Shown: positions 48,180 to 60,480, counted from the first letter of the stretch. The stretch is DNA of 64,000 nucleotides from Octopus sinensis (GCF_006345805.1 NC_043014.1:46376001-46440000), one strand, 5' to 3'. The notes: generated by a model from the letters alone, not told the origin. Made by a program: numbers and translations.

Positions 48180-49499
48180 GTTAATAATAGCAATTTTTAT
48201 ATTTACTGCACTTGGAGAGATTAAAGTTAGAATTACACTAATGGGATTTGATAGTAACGGTTGTAAAACACCTTGTCTGTTTGCGGACCCTGTAAATGGC
48301 AAGAACAACAATAAAATATAATTGGGATCTTTTCGGTTTGAACGGCAGTTTTTTAAAATAATTTCCACATATCTAAACACTTTTAAACTTCGTATACTGG
48401 TAGAATGTGTTTATAAAACATCTTTTTCTCTTGGCTTTATTGAGAAAATTCTATAGTTTGTAAGATATATGTTGTTTTTTCTTCTTCAATTTCTGCAATT
48501 TCAACCAATCAATGACGTCTATTGAGGTGAAAACATTCTGTGCTATATGAATATGTCCCTCATTTAAGAAACAGATTGGGTTTATTTACATTTCTGAAGA
48601 AAAAAAGATATCCTTCCCCCCAGCCCTAACTCTAACCAACCCTAACTCTAACCCTAACCCTAAAACAGATTGAAATGCAATAGATTGATACTAGGGTCAT
48701 AATTATGGGTGACAATTTCGTATGACACCGCTAGAAAAAAACTACCGTTCAAACCGAAAAGGTCCGTTAATAATAGCAATTTTTATATTTACTGCACTTG
48801 GAGGGATTAAAGTTAGAATTACACTAATGGGATTTGATAGCAACTGTTGTAAAACACCTTGTCTGTTTGCGGACCCTATAAATGGCAAGAACAGTGATAA
48901 AATATAAGTGGGATCTTTTCGGTTTGAACGGCAGTTTTTAAAAATTATTTCCCCGTATCTAAACACTTTTAAACTTCGTATACTGGTAGAATGTGTTTAT
49001 AAAACATCATTTTCTCTTCGCTTTATTGAGAAAATTCTATAGTTTGTAAGATATTTGTTGTTATTTTTCTTCGATTTCTGCAATTTCAACCAATCAATGA
49101 CGTCTATTGAGGTAAAAAAAAACATTCTGTGCCGTATGATTATGTCCCTCGTTTAAGAAACAGATTGGGTTTATTTACATTTGTGAAGAAAAAAAGATAC
49201 CCTTACCCCACCCCTAACCCTAACCAACCCTAACTCTGACCCTAACCCTAAAACAGATTGAAATGCAATAGATCGATACTAGGGTCATAATTATGGGTGA
49301 CAATTTCATATGACACCGCTAGAAAAAAAACTACCGTTCAAACCGAAAAGATCCGTTAATAATAGCAATTTTTATATTTACTGCACTTGGAGGGATTAAA
49401 GTTAGAATTACACTAATGGGATTTGATAGCAACTGTTGTAAAACACCTTGTCTGTTTGCGGACCCTACAAGTGGCAAGAACAATGATAAAATATGATTG
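48180..49499. repeat. Array of three 145-bp spacers alternating with two GGATCTTTTCGG MITEs
   Basis: Spacers 48180-48324, 48766-48910 and 49355-49499; MITEs 48325-48765 and 48911-49354. Confidence 0.92.
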
Positions 49500-50124
49500 C
49501 ATTTGCTCTCTGGCTCTAACAACTGTTGTGTGTTAAATGGAGCTTGATGTATGTCCTGTGTGCGCTAGGAACTTAATGATGGGTGTTAAGCTAAATAAAT
49601 ATACTGTGGCAAGAGAAGGTATAAAACAGCGCTTGATATGGTCGGAAGTAATGTAAATAGCAATTACTTGACAGCTAAATTATATGTTAATGTGTTCAAG
49701 TGGTTAATGCTGAAGGCATTGGTTAAGTCAGTAATTATTCACCAGGGAAGGTCGTGGTTAGTTGGGGGAAATAAGGATGGTGATACTGGTACTGCTGCTG
49801 CTGCTGGTGCTGCTGCTGCTACCCACCCTGCCACCAGCACCACCACTATCGCAACTACTGCTGCTGCAGCTACCATTGCCACCACACTCTTCAGTGGTAC
49901 TCTTTATCCAGTACTCTTTACTCTTTTATTCTTTTACTTGTTTCGGTCATTTGACTGCGGCCATGCTGGAGCACCGCCTTTAATCGAGCAACTCGACCCC
50001 GGGACTTATTCTTTTGTAAGCCCAGTACTTATTCTATAAGTTATTCTATAGTTCTGCCTATACGTTAATATAAATTTTTCCAAAACATATTTTGTTACCA
50101 TAATTAAAATAAAATTTAGTAACA

Positions 50125-50498
50125 GGTGTAGGAGTGGCTGTGTGGTAAGTAGCTTGCTTACCGACCACATGGTTCCGGGTTCAGTCCCACTGCGTGGCAC
50201 TTTGGGCAAGTGTCTTCTACTATTGCCTCGGGCCGACCAAAGCCTTGTGAGTGGATTTGGTAGACGGAAACTGAAAGAAACCTGTTGTATATATATGTGT
50301 GTGTGTGTGTGTTTGTCGCCCCAACATCGCTTGACAACCGATGCTGGTGTGTTTACATCCCAATAACTTAGCAGTTCGGCAAAAGAGACCGATAGAATAA
50401 GTACTGGGCTTACAAAGAATAAGTCCTGGGGTCGATTTGCTCAACTAAAGGCGGTGCTCCAGCATGGCCACAGCGAAATGACTGAAACAAGTAAAGAG
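50125..50498 (+). mobile_element. SINE family A
   Basis: Match to 1015-1422. Confidence 0.85.
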
Positions 50499-50538
50499 TA
50501 TCTATCTATCTATCTGTCTGTCTATCTATCTATCTATG

Positions 50539-50589
<51 letters not shown>

Positions 50590-50795
50590 ACGGGAAGCTT
50601 TATGAAAATAGACAAAAGACGAAGCAGGTTTACGGAAATAACAAAAGATGAAGGCAGGTGGAATACAACCAAACAATTGTATTAGTATGGCGCTCAGGAA
50701 ATATAGATAAAAAAAGTCTTTAACGTTTCGAGCCTACGCTCTTCAACAGAAGATACACAGAGAAGAAACACAGAAAGAAGGAGAAAAAAAAAAAA

Positions 50796-50839
<44 letters not shown>

Positions 50840-51109
50840 CCATGTAACAACTCACATGCTTTTCCTCCTCTCTAGACGTTTTCCTATTTCCGATGAAGAG
50901 CCATACTTGAAACACTATTTCCACTCCTATTTTTCCTCTTTAAAACTTTCATTGAGTGTCAATCTGATATATTTGCTGTGTTCATGGAATTGACTTTTGT
51001 TGTAGTTTCCTGTTTTTAATTTTGATTTGCCTAAACATACATATGTACATATGCACACACATACACACACACATTTTATTAAACGCAATTATGCAGATAA
51101 ATGTATACA

Positions 51110-51525
51110 TAGGAGTGGCTGTGTGGTAAGAAGCTTGCTTTCCAGCCACATGGTTCCTGGTTCAGTCCCACTGCGTGGCACCTTGGGCAAGTTTCTTCTA
51201 CTGTAGCCTCGTTGACCAAAGCCATGTGAGTGGATTTGGTAGATGGAAACTGAAAAGAAGCCTGTCATGGGTATATATATATATATATATATGTGTGTGT
51301 ATGTATATATTTGTGTTTGTTTGTCCACCACCTGCGCCTCATTTATCAACTGATGTGTATATGTTTATGTTCCCATAACTTAGTGATTCAGCAAAAGAGA
51401 CTGATAGAATAAGTATTAGGCTTACAAAGAATAAGTCTTGTGGTTTTATTTGTTCGATTAAAACCCTTAAGGCGGTGCTCCAGCATGGCTGCAGTCAGGT
51501 GACTGAAACAAGTAAAAGAATAAAA
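51110..51525 (+). mobile_element. SINE family A (diverged), 360 bp upstream of the Piezo exon
   Basis: Match to 1015-1422. Confidence 0.8.
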
Positions 51526-51887
51526 GAATATGCGAACACACCCACCCATGCACACACACACACGCACACACACACACACACTCACACACACATGCACACT
51601 CACACACACACACACATGCACACCCACGCACACACGCGCACACATACACACGCACTCACACACATGCACACACACATACACTCTCACGCACACACACACA
51701 CACATGCTCTCACACACACACGCACTCACACACATGCACACACACTCACACACACACACAAACACTCACACACTCACTCTCTTGCTTTCCTTGTCTGTAC
51801 TTGCTACACACAACTCATGTTTATATTGTAGCCAGATTGTGTCTCCAAGCTTTTATTTTCTACAAAATCTTTTTTTTAATTTTCCAG

Positions 51888-51983
51888 GATGTTTGGTTCG
51901 TTACAGTGGACTCTCGTTAATCTATGGCATTTTGCTGCTGCTGACTCCTCTCTTCAAAAGTCCAACAATAGAATCCTTACGCG
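51888..51983 (+). CDS. Piezo: Internal coding exon (exon 2 equivalent) of a Piezo mechanosensitive ion channel
   Basis: Acceptor tttttttaattttccAG| and donor CG|GTAAGT bound a 96-nt phase 1-1 exon: (G)CLVRYSGLSLIYGILLLLTPLFKSPTIESLR(G). It aligns without gaps to PIEZO2 ACAFRYNGLSFVYLIYLLLIPLFSEPTKTTMQG as I recall it (about 17/32 identical), with matching exon length and phase. Confidence 0.88.
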
Positions 51984-52382
51984 GTAAGTGTTTCACGATT
52001 TTATCTTAGTTGACCATTTAAGACCTTGTGCCATAAATGCCTTTTGATACCTTTTAATAAAGCAATTGCAGCGTGGAAGGTGTTTATAAGCCATACTCCA
52101 AGTCCATGGAGCCTGTGGAAGAGAGAGGCTAAAGACACAAGATAAAGTGATGAAGATTTAATTCAAGAGGCTGAACCGTATGAAGATGGCTGTAGTATGG
52201 AGTAAAGTTCACTGCTGAAGACTATGCACCCAACCCATGTAAACATTGGAAAATGAATACAAAAATGATGATGGTGATAAAATAAATTGAAAAAAAAAAT
52301 AATACTTTTCAACAGGAATATAGAATTTGAAAGAGTTAAAGTGGAAAGTGATAATCATTTTTAACAAAGGCACACAAGGCCT

Positions 52383-52792
52383 TTATTAAAAGATTATTTA
52401 TGGAGATGTACTTGCATAGCAAGTCACCTGATCTGAGATGGTGTGCTGAAACAAAAACAATTGCAGCATAGAAGGTGTTTATAAGCCATTTAAAAAACAC
52501 ACAAAAACCATTAGATTCACTTCAACATTTTCGGCACTTTGAAACCACGACCTGTTCACTGACAAAATTCCGAGATGCAGCATGGAGTTTTGTCAGTGAA
52601 CAAATCATGGTTTCAAAATGATGAAAATATTTTGACAACTTAAATTTAAATGTTGAAGTGAATCTAATGGCTTTTGTGTGTTTTTTAAATGGCTTATAAA
52701 CACCTTCTATGCTGCAATTGTTTTTGTTTCAGCACACCTTCTCGGATCAGGTGACTTGCTATGCAAGTACATTTCCATAAATCTTTTAATAA
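52383..52792. mobile_element. 410-bp fold-back (palindromic) element
   Basis: ttattaaaagattatttatggagatgtacttgcatagc... mirrored by ...gctatgcaagtacatttccataaatcttttaataa; arms ~180-200 bp around a ~22-bp centre. Confidence 0.88.
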
Positions 52793-52887
52793 TTATTATT
52801 GCTAATATTACACATGCACTTGAACAAACTTGCTTCTTTTCTTCCCAGCTTTTACAGTTCTTCATCATTCAATCTCTATATCTTATT

Positions 52888-53115
52888 TCTTTATTGCCCA
52901 CAAGGGGCTACATGCAGAAGGGACAAACAAGGACAGACAAAGGGATTAAGTCAATTACATCGACCCCAGTGCATAATTGGTACTTGATTTATCGACCTCA
53001 AAAGGATGAAAGGCAAAGTCGACCTTGGTGGAATTTGAACTCAGAGCGTAACAGCAGACGAAATACCGCTAAGCACTTCACCCGGCGTGCTAACGTTTCT
53101 GCCAGCTCACCGCCA
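52888..53115 (-). mobile_element. SINE family C
   Basis: Reverse match to 63486-63718. Confidence 0.8.
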
Positions 53116-53124
53116 TTCAATCTC

Positions 53125-54305
53125 CATATCTTACTATACAAGTATTGTACAATCTGTGCTTCTCTCTGAGGGAGAAACCTTTTGTTACCTGCAGTGGTAA
53201 TTGTTCTCTGAACTTGTTCCGTTCGATTCTTAATATGATTACTAAGCTTTTGGAACATTCCACCCCCATTGCTTATCAGGCCATTCAGGTAGTAGAAGCT
53301 ATCAGTTACTTGTAGGAAGTCTTCCAAGTATTTGCAGGAACTTATTTCACATGTACTCTTACCATTAACGGTACATGTCTGGCCAACATATGAAGTCTAC
53401 ATTTCCTGTCAGCCTGCCTGCCATCCCATTACACTTCTGTGCATCCATAGTTTAAACTGGGTACAACATATGAAATTCCTATGTCCTCTTACCGTTAACG
53501 GTACATCTCTGTGCAACATACAAAGTCTACATTTCCTGTTAGCCTACCTGCCATCACATTACACCTATGTGCATCCATAGTTTAAACTGGGTACAACTTA
53601 TGAAATTCCTATGTACTCTTGCATGTCGAATGCAACAGCAGTTGTGATTTGTTTTGTTTTGCTAATATAAACTTTAGTCTCTGCCAGGCTTATTTTGAGA
53701 TCTCTCAGTTCTAGGTTTTTGCTGTCAACTTCGGAATTTTTTCTTTAGATTTTTTTTTTGTCTGATTAAGCTACGAAAACTAGACTATTGGCAAACTGGC
53801 ATTCTTCTAGACAACTAGACTTGTGCCGTTTTTTTCTGGCCTACAGGACTATAGTTAACAGAAGGAGTTAACAGAAGGGTGCTGAGAACTGAGCCTTGAT
53901 ATACTCCAACTTGCATGTTAAATTCCTTATAGAATTTATTGTTGTCAACTTCAGAATTTTTTAAAAGATTTTTTTGTCTGATTAAGCTATGAAAACTAGA
54001 TTATTGGCAAACTAGCATTCCTCTAGTCAACTGGACTTACACCATTTTTTCTGGCCTACTGGGCTATAGTTAACAGAAGGAGTTAACAGAAGGGTGCTGA
54101 GAACAGAGCCTTGATATACTCCTACTTGCATGTTAAATTCCTTATAGAATTTAATGTTAACTCTCATTTTGTTGACCCTTCCTTCTGAACATGGTGTGTA
54201 TGACCCTTACAAGTTATTCGTGTACTCTTAGCTTTCTTAGTGGTCACCTGACAGCAGTGAAAGCTTGTTGAAAGCATTCTTAATGTTGGCAAATATTTGG
54301 CTAAG
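53125..54305 (-). pseudogene. Old degenerate RTE ORF2 fragment with two internal tandem duplications
   Basis: Pieces QVTDSFYYLNGLISNGGG, KLWMH (PHD-like region, twice, ~53345-53620) and EFNMQVGVYQGSVLS (twice, ~53720-54155) are collinear with the 22.6-25.2 kb RTE. Confidence 0.75.
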
Positions 54306-55029
54306 AAAAATAAACATCAGCTGTTTCAGAAACTAGTTGTAGAAGATCCTGAAATAAAAGCGATTTTGAAAACTGCTGTAACCATAGAAACAATGCACGT
54401 GGCAAATGATGAGATTATTTAGCTAATAAGCACAGCTCAGCTCAACCTTCATTGCCAAGTTAGAACTGTAGTGCCAAAACAATGTGTCTGATATGAAATT
54501 CGAGATGAGGAATCTTTAACAAGAATGTGCCATCGTAAATATTTCTACTTAGCAAAGAAATGCCAAGCAACAATTTTAGACCTGTGTAGAACAATCAGGA
54601 GCATTTCCATATATGATGCACCTATTAATAATGCTTCTCACACGATTAACTCAATAACGTCTCTGATAACAACAACAACAATGTCTTGTACAGATATAAA
54701 CCTTCATATTAAATGTGTGCAGAAATATGTGGCTTTTATGGCCTGTTGCCTACGGTTTTAGTGACCCCAAGCGATAAGCTACAAAGCACTGGGATATGAA
54801 AGCAGATTGCTGAGTCAACACATGGAAGTTTATCTCTATTAATGGTATTTACCTTAATAATTATTCTGATAATATTTATCAGGTATGATAAATATTAATC
54901 AGCTCCTCATAATCAGCTCATAATCAGCTCTCTCTCAGTTTATTTGTATTCTGTTCTTTTTCCACTGGCGGTGCCCCAGCGTGGCCACAGCCTCAAGGCT
55001 GAAACATATAAAAGGAGAACATTTTTATT

Positions 55030-55425
55030 TCTTTATTGCCCACAGGAGGCTAAACATAGAGGGGACAAACAAGGGGATTAAGTCGATTAAATCGACCCCA
55101 GTGCCTAACTGGTACTTATTTAATCGACCCCGGAAAAGATGAAAGGCAAAGTCAACTTCGGCAGAATTTGAACTCAGAACATAACGGCAGACGAAATATC
55201 TATTTCTTTACTACTCACAAGGGGCTAAACACAGAGGGGACAAACAAGGACAGACAAACGGATTAAGTTGATTAAATTGACCTCCAGTGCCTAACTGGTA
55301 CTTATTTAATCGACCCCGAAAAGTTGAAAGGCAAAGTCGACCTCGGCGGAGTTTGAACTCAGAAAATAACGGCAGATGAAATACTGCTAAGCATTTTGCC
55401 CAGCATGCTAACGTTTCTGCCAGAG
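55030..55425 (-). mobile_element. SINE family C concatemer (one head, two bodies)
   Basis: Junction ggcagacgaaatatctatttctttactac at ~55187-55215. Confidence 0.8.
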
Positions 55426-55750
55426 CAGAAAGGATAACATTACACATCCATATTATTTGTTGGTAAGCTAGGATGGCCACATTAGCAGCAAAGATGATAT
55501 GTCTTAAAAGATGTGCTCTTAGGGTCTCAAAACTTTCCAGTTTAGGGATCCCAATGTCATCGTTCTTGTTTTCCTTGCCTTTGCTCCGTTTTACTTTGAA
55601 TAATATTGCCTGCTGTGGTCTCCCTATGCCAAACAAAATATATGACTAGAAGTAGGACCAGAGGTCAGTTATGGAAAATAAATTGCGTGACTGGCCTGAC
55701 TCCAAGGATAGCCAGAAAAAATTCTGAATGTTTTCTGTCCGAGAATTTAA

Positions 55751-55970
55751 CCCTTTCATTACCATATTTATTTTGAGATATTCTGTGTTTCTTTCAATTA
55801 CGTTAAATATAACAAAGAATTTAGTAAAATAACTTGGTTACCATTCAGCTAGTGTTAGGAACATAAATTGTGACTTAGGTTTGGTGGAAGATTTTAATTC
55901 AAAACTTATGAAAACAAGACATTTGTACTCGGAGCAAGAGCCGGTTTCAGCCGGGTTGGTACTGAAAGGG
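55751..55970. mobile_element. piggyBac-type MITE, solo copy with TTAA TSD
   Basis: TTAA|CCCTTTC...GAAAGGG|TTAA. Confidence 0.88.
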
Positions 55971-56020
55971 TTAAAGATACTGGATCATCCTGATGTATAA
56001 AACATATAAATTCACATCTT

Positions 56021-56432
56021 GGATCTTTTCGGTTTGACCGGCAGTTTTTTAAAATAATTTCCACGTAACTAAACACTTTTCAACTTCGTATGCTGGTAGA
56101 ATGTGTTTATAAAACATCTTTTTCTCTTGGCTTTATTGAGAAAATTCTATAGTTTGTAAGATATTTGTTGTTTTTTTCTTCAATTTCTGTAATTTCAACT
56201 AATCAATGACGTCTATTGAGCTGAAAACATTCTGTGCCGTATGAATATGTCCCTCGTTTAAGAAACAGATTGGGTTTATTTACATTTCTGAAGAAAAGAA
56301 AATACCCTCCCCCCCCCTAACCCTACCCTAAAACAGATTGAAATGCAATAGATCGATACTAGGGTCATAATTATGGGTGACAATTTTATATGACACCGCT
56401 AGAAAAAATTGCTGGTCAAACCGAAAAGATCC
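56021..56432. mobile_element. MITE (GGATCTTTTCGG family) with 8-bp TSD
   Basis: Flanks CACATCTT and CACATCTC. Confidence 0.88.
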
Positions 56433-56509
56433 CACATCTCATCTTGAATTTATTAAACAAAATAATTTCCATGTGTGATAATGGCACATTAAAAACTCCA
56501 TTCAAGTGT

Positions 56510-56850
56510 GATCATTACCTGCATCGCCTTACTAGCACTTGTGCTGGTGGCACGTGAAAAAAACAGCATTCGAGCGAAGTCGTTGCCAGTGCTGCTGGAC
56601 TGGCTCCTGTGCAGGTGGCACATAAAAAGCAGCATTTGAGTTTGGCCGTTGCCAGTACCACCTAACTGGCCCTTGTGCCAGTGGCACGTAAAAGCACCCA
56701 CTACACTCTCAGAGTGGTTGGCATTAGGAAGGGCATCCAGCTGTAGAAACTCTGCCAGATCAGATTGGAGTCTGGTTCGCCAACCTCAGTCAAATTGTCC
56801 AACCGATGCTAGCATGGAAAGCGGACATTAAACGATGATGATGATGATGA
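56510..56850 (+). mobile_element. RTE 3'UTR fragment
   Basis: gtggcac...aaaaagca repeats and (GAT)n tail. Confidence 0.75.
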
Positions 56851-57755
56851 AATCCACTGACAAGGCTTTGGTTGCCCTCGTCTATAGTAGTAGACACTTG
56901 CCCAAGATCCCACACAGTGAGACTGAGCTCCAAACCATGTGGTTGGGGAGCAAACATCTTACCATACAGCCACACCTGCACCTGTACCATCAAAAATTTA
57001 GAGCAATTTAGTAAAATAATTAACTTCCGCATTATTAAGCTGGTGTTTGGTTTTGGAACATAAACAAGATGTTCTTAGATAAAATTATGCGAGAATGTCT
57101 TAAATGTAAACATTTCAAAACAGATGTTTTTTTTTTTAATCATGGAACCCTAAGCAGTCTCAGGTGGGTTGAAATCTAAAGAGTTTAAGAGATTTCCTCA
57201 GGGACCCTAAGTTTATCCTCACATAACTCTCATCATAGATTGCCATCTGCAGAATCATTCTTTTTCTTCCAAGGAACAAAATAGCTGAACGACAAAACAG
57301 ATGATGAGTTGTCATTATTATTAAGATTTAATGTCCATCATCATCATCATCATCATCTAGCATCTGTTTTCCATGCTGGCACAGGCTGAACGGTTTCCAG
57401 TTGACCACAGAGCTGCAAAGAGGTCCATTGTCAGCTTCCACATTGTTTCTATAGCTAAACATCCGTCTTAACGCCGACCACTTTACAGTGTATACCGGGT
57501 GCCTCTTTTGTGCCACCGGCACTAGTGAAGTCACAAGATAAGAATGGACAGGAAAAAAAGAAAAAAATCCCCTCAACTAAGTCAAGTGGGGGTATTAAGA
57601 GCAATGGTGGTGGTTGTATGTCAGGTGTTGAGAGATTAAAGTATGACTGGGACAATTCCAAGTTCATTATTATTAAGATATTGTCCACTATCTTACAATA
57701 TGCAGTTTCATAATTCTGTTTTCAGCTTTTTATCATTCAGAATTGGATCAATTAA

Positions 57756-57976
57756 CCCTTTAGTGTTCGCATTATTCTGCCAAAATTAATGCTTTTTTAT
57801 CCACATTGTTTTGAACTAATCATACATTACCTTGTAGCTATGAGATTTTGATGAGGTAGCTGTTAATTTTTTAAACAATATTGTAGGGTTGGTGTGAGAG
57901 ACCAGATCTGGCCAGTTTGATCATAAAACAGGTAGAATACTTTTGGCTGGATATGGCCGGTTTAGATGCTAAAGGG
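57756..57976. mobile_element. piggyBac-type MITE (second family), inverted relative to 37961
   Basis: TTAA|CCCTTTAG...CTAAAGGG|TTAC. Confidence 0.82.
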
Positions 57977-58402
57977 TTACAGAGTGGTTTGTGTTATACT
58001 TGCTTGATTCAGTCCACCATTCCTTCTCTGCAAATGTGTGGCCTTGTGTCCAAGTTAGACATTATTATTATTATTATTATTATCATTATTATTATTATTA
58101 TGGCCAGCAGGAATGGACAAATTCTGAGGATACTCCTGTAAAAAAAAAGGTAATATAAAAGGAGAAAGGGGCTCTCTACCCACCTTTTGACCAGGCTCCC
58201 ATGGCTTTTATGGGTTTTCCCATGAGTAACCTTTCGAAGCTCCTCCCCCAATTGGGAGTTTTTACTTGTTATATTTTCGTTGTTATCTTGCATTTTTACA
58301 CAGACTTTTCAAACGGACAAAGCCCTTTTTGTAACTTTCGTCCTGTATTTTGTCCTTACAAATTTTATTTGGTTTTTGTTAGCCCTTGTGGCCAATAAAC
58401 GA

Positions 58403-58456
<54 letters not shown>

Positions 58457-58600
58457 GAGGCAGTCAAATTTTGCACCACAAAAGAGGGAGTTTATAGGAA
58501 GGACTGTTTATAATGGATCATGGACATACCATCTGGGTAGAGAAGGTAGGCAGTTCCTACCCAGACTAGTCATCATTCTAACATCCACATTCTATCATAC

Positions 58601-59645
58601 TATCATACTCTCAATTTTGGTCAACTTGTGCCGCAGGGTCTCAGAGGAGATAGTGTTAGTTGAAGGCTACCAAACCTGCCATACACAGACAACTTCAGCT
58701 TTATATAGAGAGATTTACTATCATTTTTGGTGTTAACATGGTCTGATTTGAATTTTTTCTTCTACTGAAGGAAGAGCAAGCCTTCTTCTATCATACTCTC
58801 AATTTTGGTCAACTTGCGCTGCAGGGTCTTAGAGGAGATAGTGTTAGTTGAAGGCTACCAAACCTGCCACTCACAGTCAACTTCAGCTTTATATAGAGAG
58901 ATTTACTATAATTTTTGGTGTTAACATGGTCTGATTTGAATTTTTTCTTTTATGGAATGAAGAGCAAGCCTTCTTCTATCATACTCTCAATTTTGGTCAA
59001 CTTGTGCCGCAGGGTCTCGGAGGAGATAGTGTTAGTTGAAGGCTACCATACCTGCCACACACAGTCAACTTCAGCTTGATATAGAGAGATTTACTATCAT
59101 TTTTGGTGTTAACATGGTCCGATTTGAATTTTTTCTTCTACGGAAGGAAGAGCAAGTCTTCTTCTATCATACTCTCAATTTTGGTCAACTTGCGCCACAG
59201 GGTCTCGGAGGAGATAGTGTTAGTTGAAGGCTACCAACCTGCCACACACAGACAACTTCAGCTTTTATATAGAGAGATTTACTATCATTTTTGGTGTTAA
59301 CATGGTCTGATGTGAATTTTTTCTTCTACTGAAGGAAGAGCAAGCCTTCTTCTATCATACTCTCAATTTTGGTCAACTTGTGCCGCAGGGTCTCGGAGGA
59401 GATAGTGTTAGTTGAAGGCTACCAAACCTGCCATACACAGACAACTTCAGCTTTATATAGAGAGATTTACTATCATTTTTGGTGTTAACATGGTCCAATT
59501 TGAATTTTTTCTTCTACGGAAGGAAGAGCAAGCCTTCTTCTATCATACTCTCAATTTTGGTCAACTTGCGCTGCAGGGTCTCGGAGGAGATAGTGTTAGT
59601 TGAAGGCTACCAAACCTGCCACACAGACAACTTCAGCTTTATATA
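58601..59645. repeat. Local satellite, 188-bp unit, ~5.6 copies
   Basis: tatcatactctcaattttggtcaac starts at 58601, 58789, 58977, 59165, 59353 and 59541. Confidence 0.93.
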
Positions 59646-59959
59646 TATAGATTGTTTATATTAAAAAAAAAAATGCTAAATATTAAATATAAAAAAGAAA
59701 AGGAAACATCTTATAAAAATCGTAATTCTTTGTACAGAATCTTGTACATAATTTGGTAAATGTCTACCATTCTGATGTTATACACGTGCAATGTCTGTCG
59801 CCTTTCAAGTTCAACGTGTATCGTGCGTGAATCCCTTTAAGCACACATGCTGTGAGCTATGCTCCCGCAGTCAGATAAATATAGCCCCGTGGAGGCAGCT
59901 GGGTTTCTGCTTGCTGCTCGTGCAAGCTAAGAGTGTGCATGTCTTTTAGCGTGCGTGCG

Positions 59960-59990
<31 letters not shown>

Positions 59991-60309
59991 TGTGTGTGTG
60001 TGTTTGTTTGTGTTGTGTCTGGTGATTGACTGGGATTTGTAAGATAGTTTTATTCCATGTGAGTAAACTGTTTGAAATAGTAATGAATATCTAGCTACCT
60101 ACCTACCCATCTACCCACATACTTACCTGTCTGCCCTTCTACCTGCTCTCTACTCTTCTTTCTCTACCCCCACCCACCGCCGTCAGTCGCCCCCTCCCTC
60201 CCTTTCTCTCCTACCCTACGTTGCTCTTTTCTGTCTCTTCCCGCCTTCTACCTTTTCTGTCTGTCTGTCTGTCTCTCTCTCAACTTCCACTCAGACATAA
60301 CATGGTGTG

Positions 60310-60397
60310 TACACACACACACACACAAGCACACACACAACACTCACATACAAACACATACACACACACACACACACACACAAACACACACATACAA

Positions 60398-60428
<31 letters not shown>

Positions 60429-60480
60429 CACACTCACACACACGCACACACACACAGACACTCACATACAAACACACACA

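Larger units (their letters stand above)
1..51887 (+). other. Putative Piezo intron 1 (3' part)
   Basis: Ends in a polypyrimidine acceptor (tttttttaattttccAG) directly before the Piezo-like exon; no Piezo exon 1 recognised upstream in the window. Inference. Confidence 0.55.

Noticed and set aside
48180-49499. Repeat-spacer alternation resembling CRISPR (also 4464-4827 and 33862-34591)
   Set aside because: Units are 54-590 bp, the intervening sequences are themselves repeated, there are no cas genes, and the DNA is eukaryotic.
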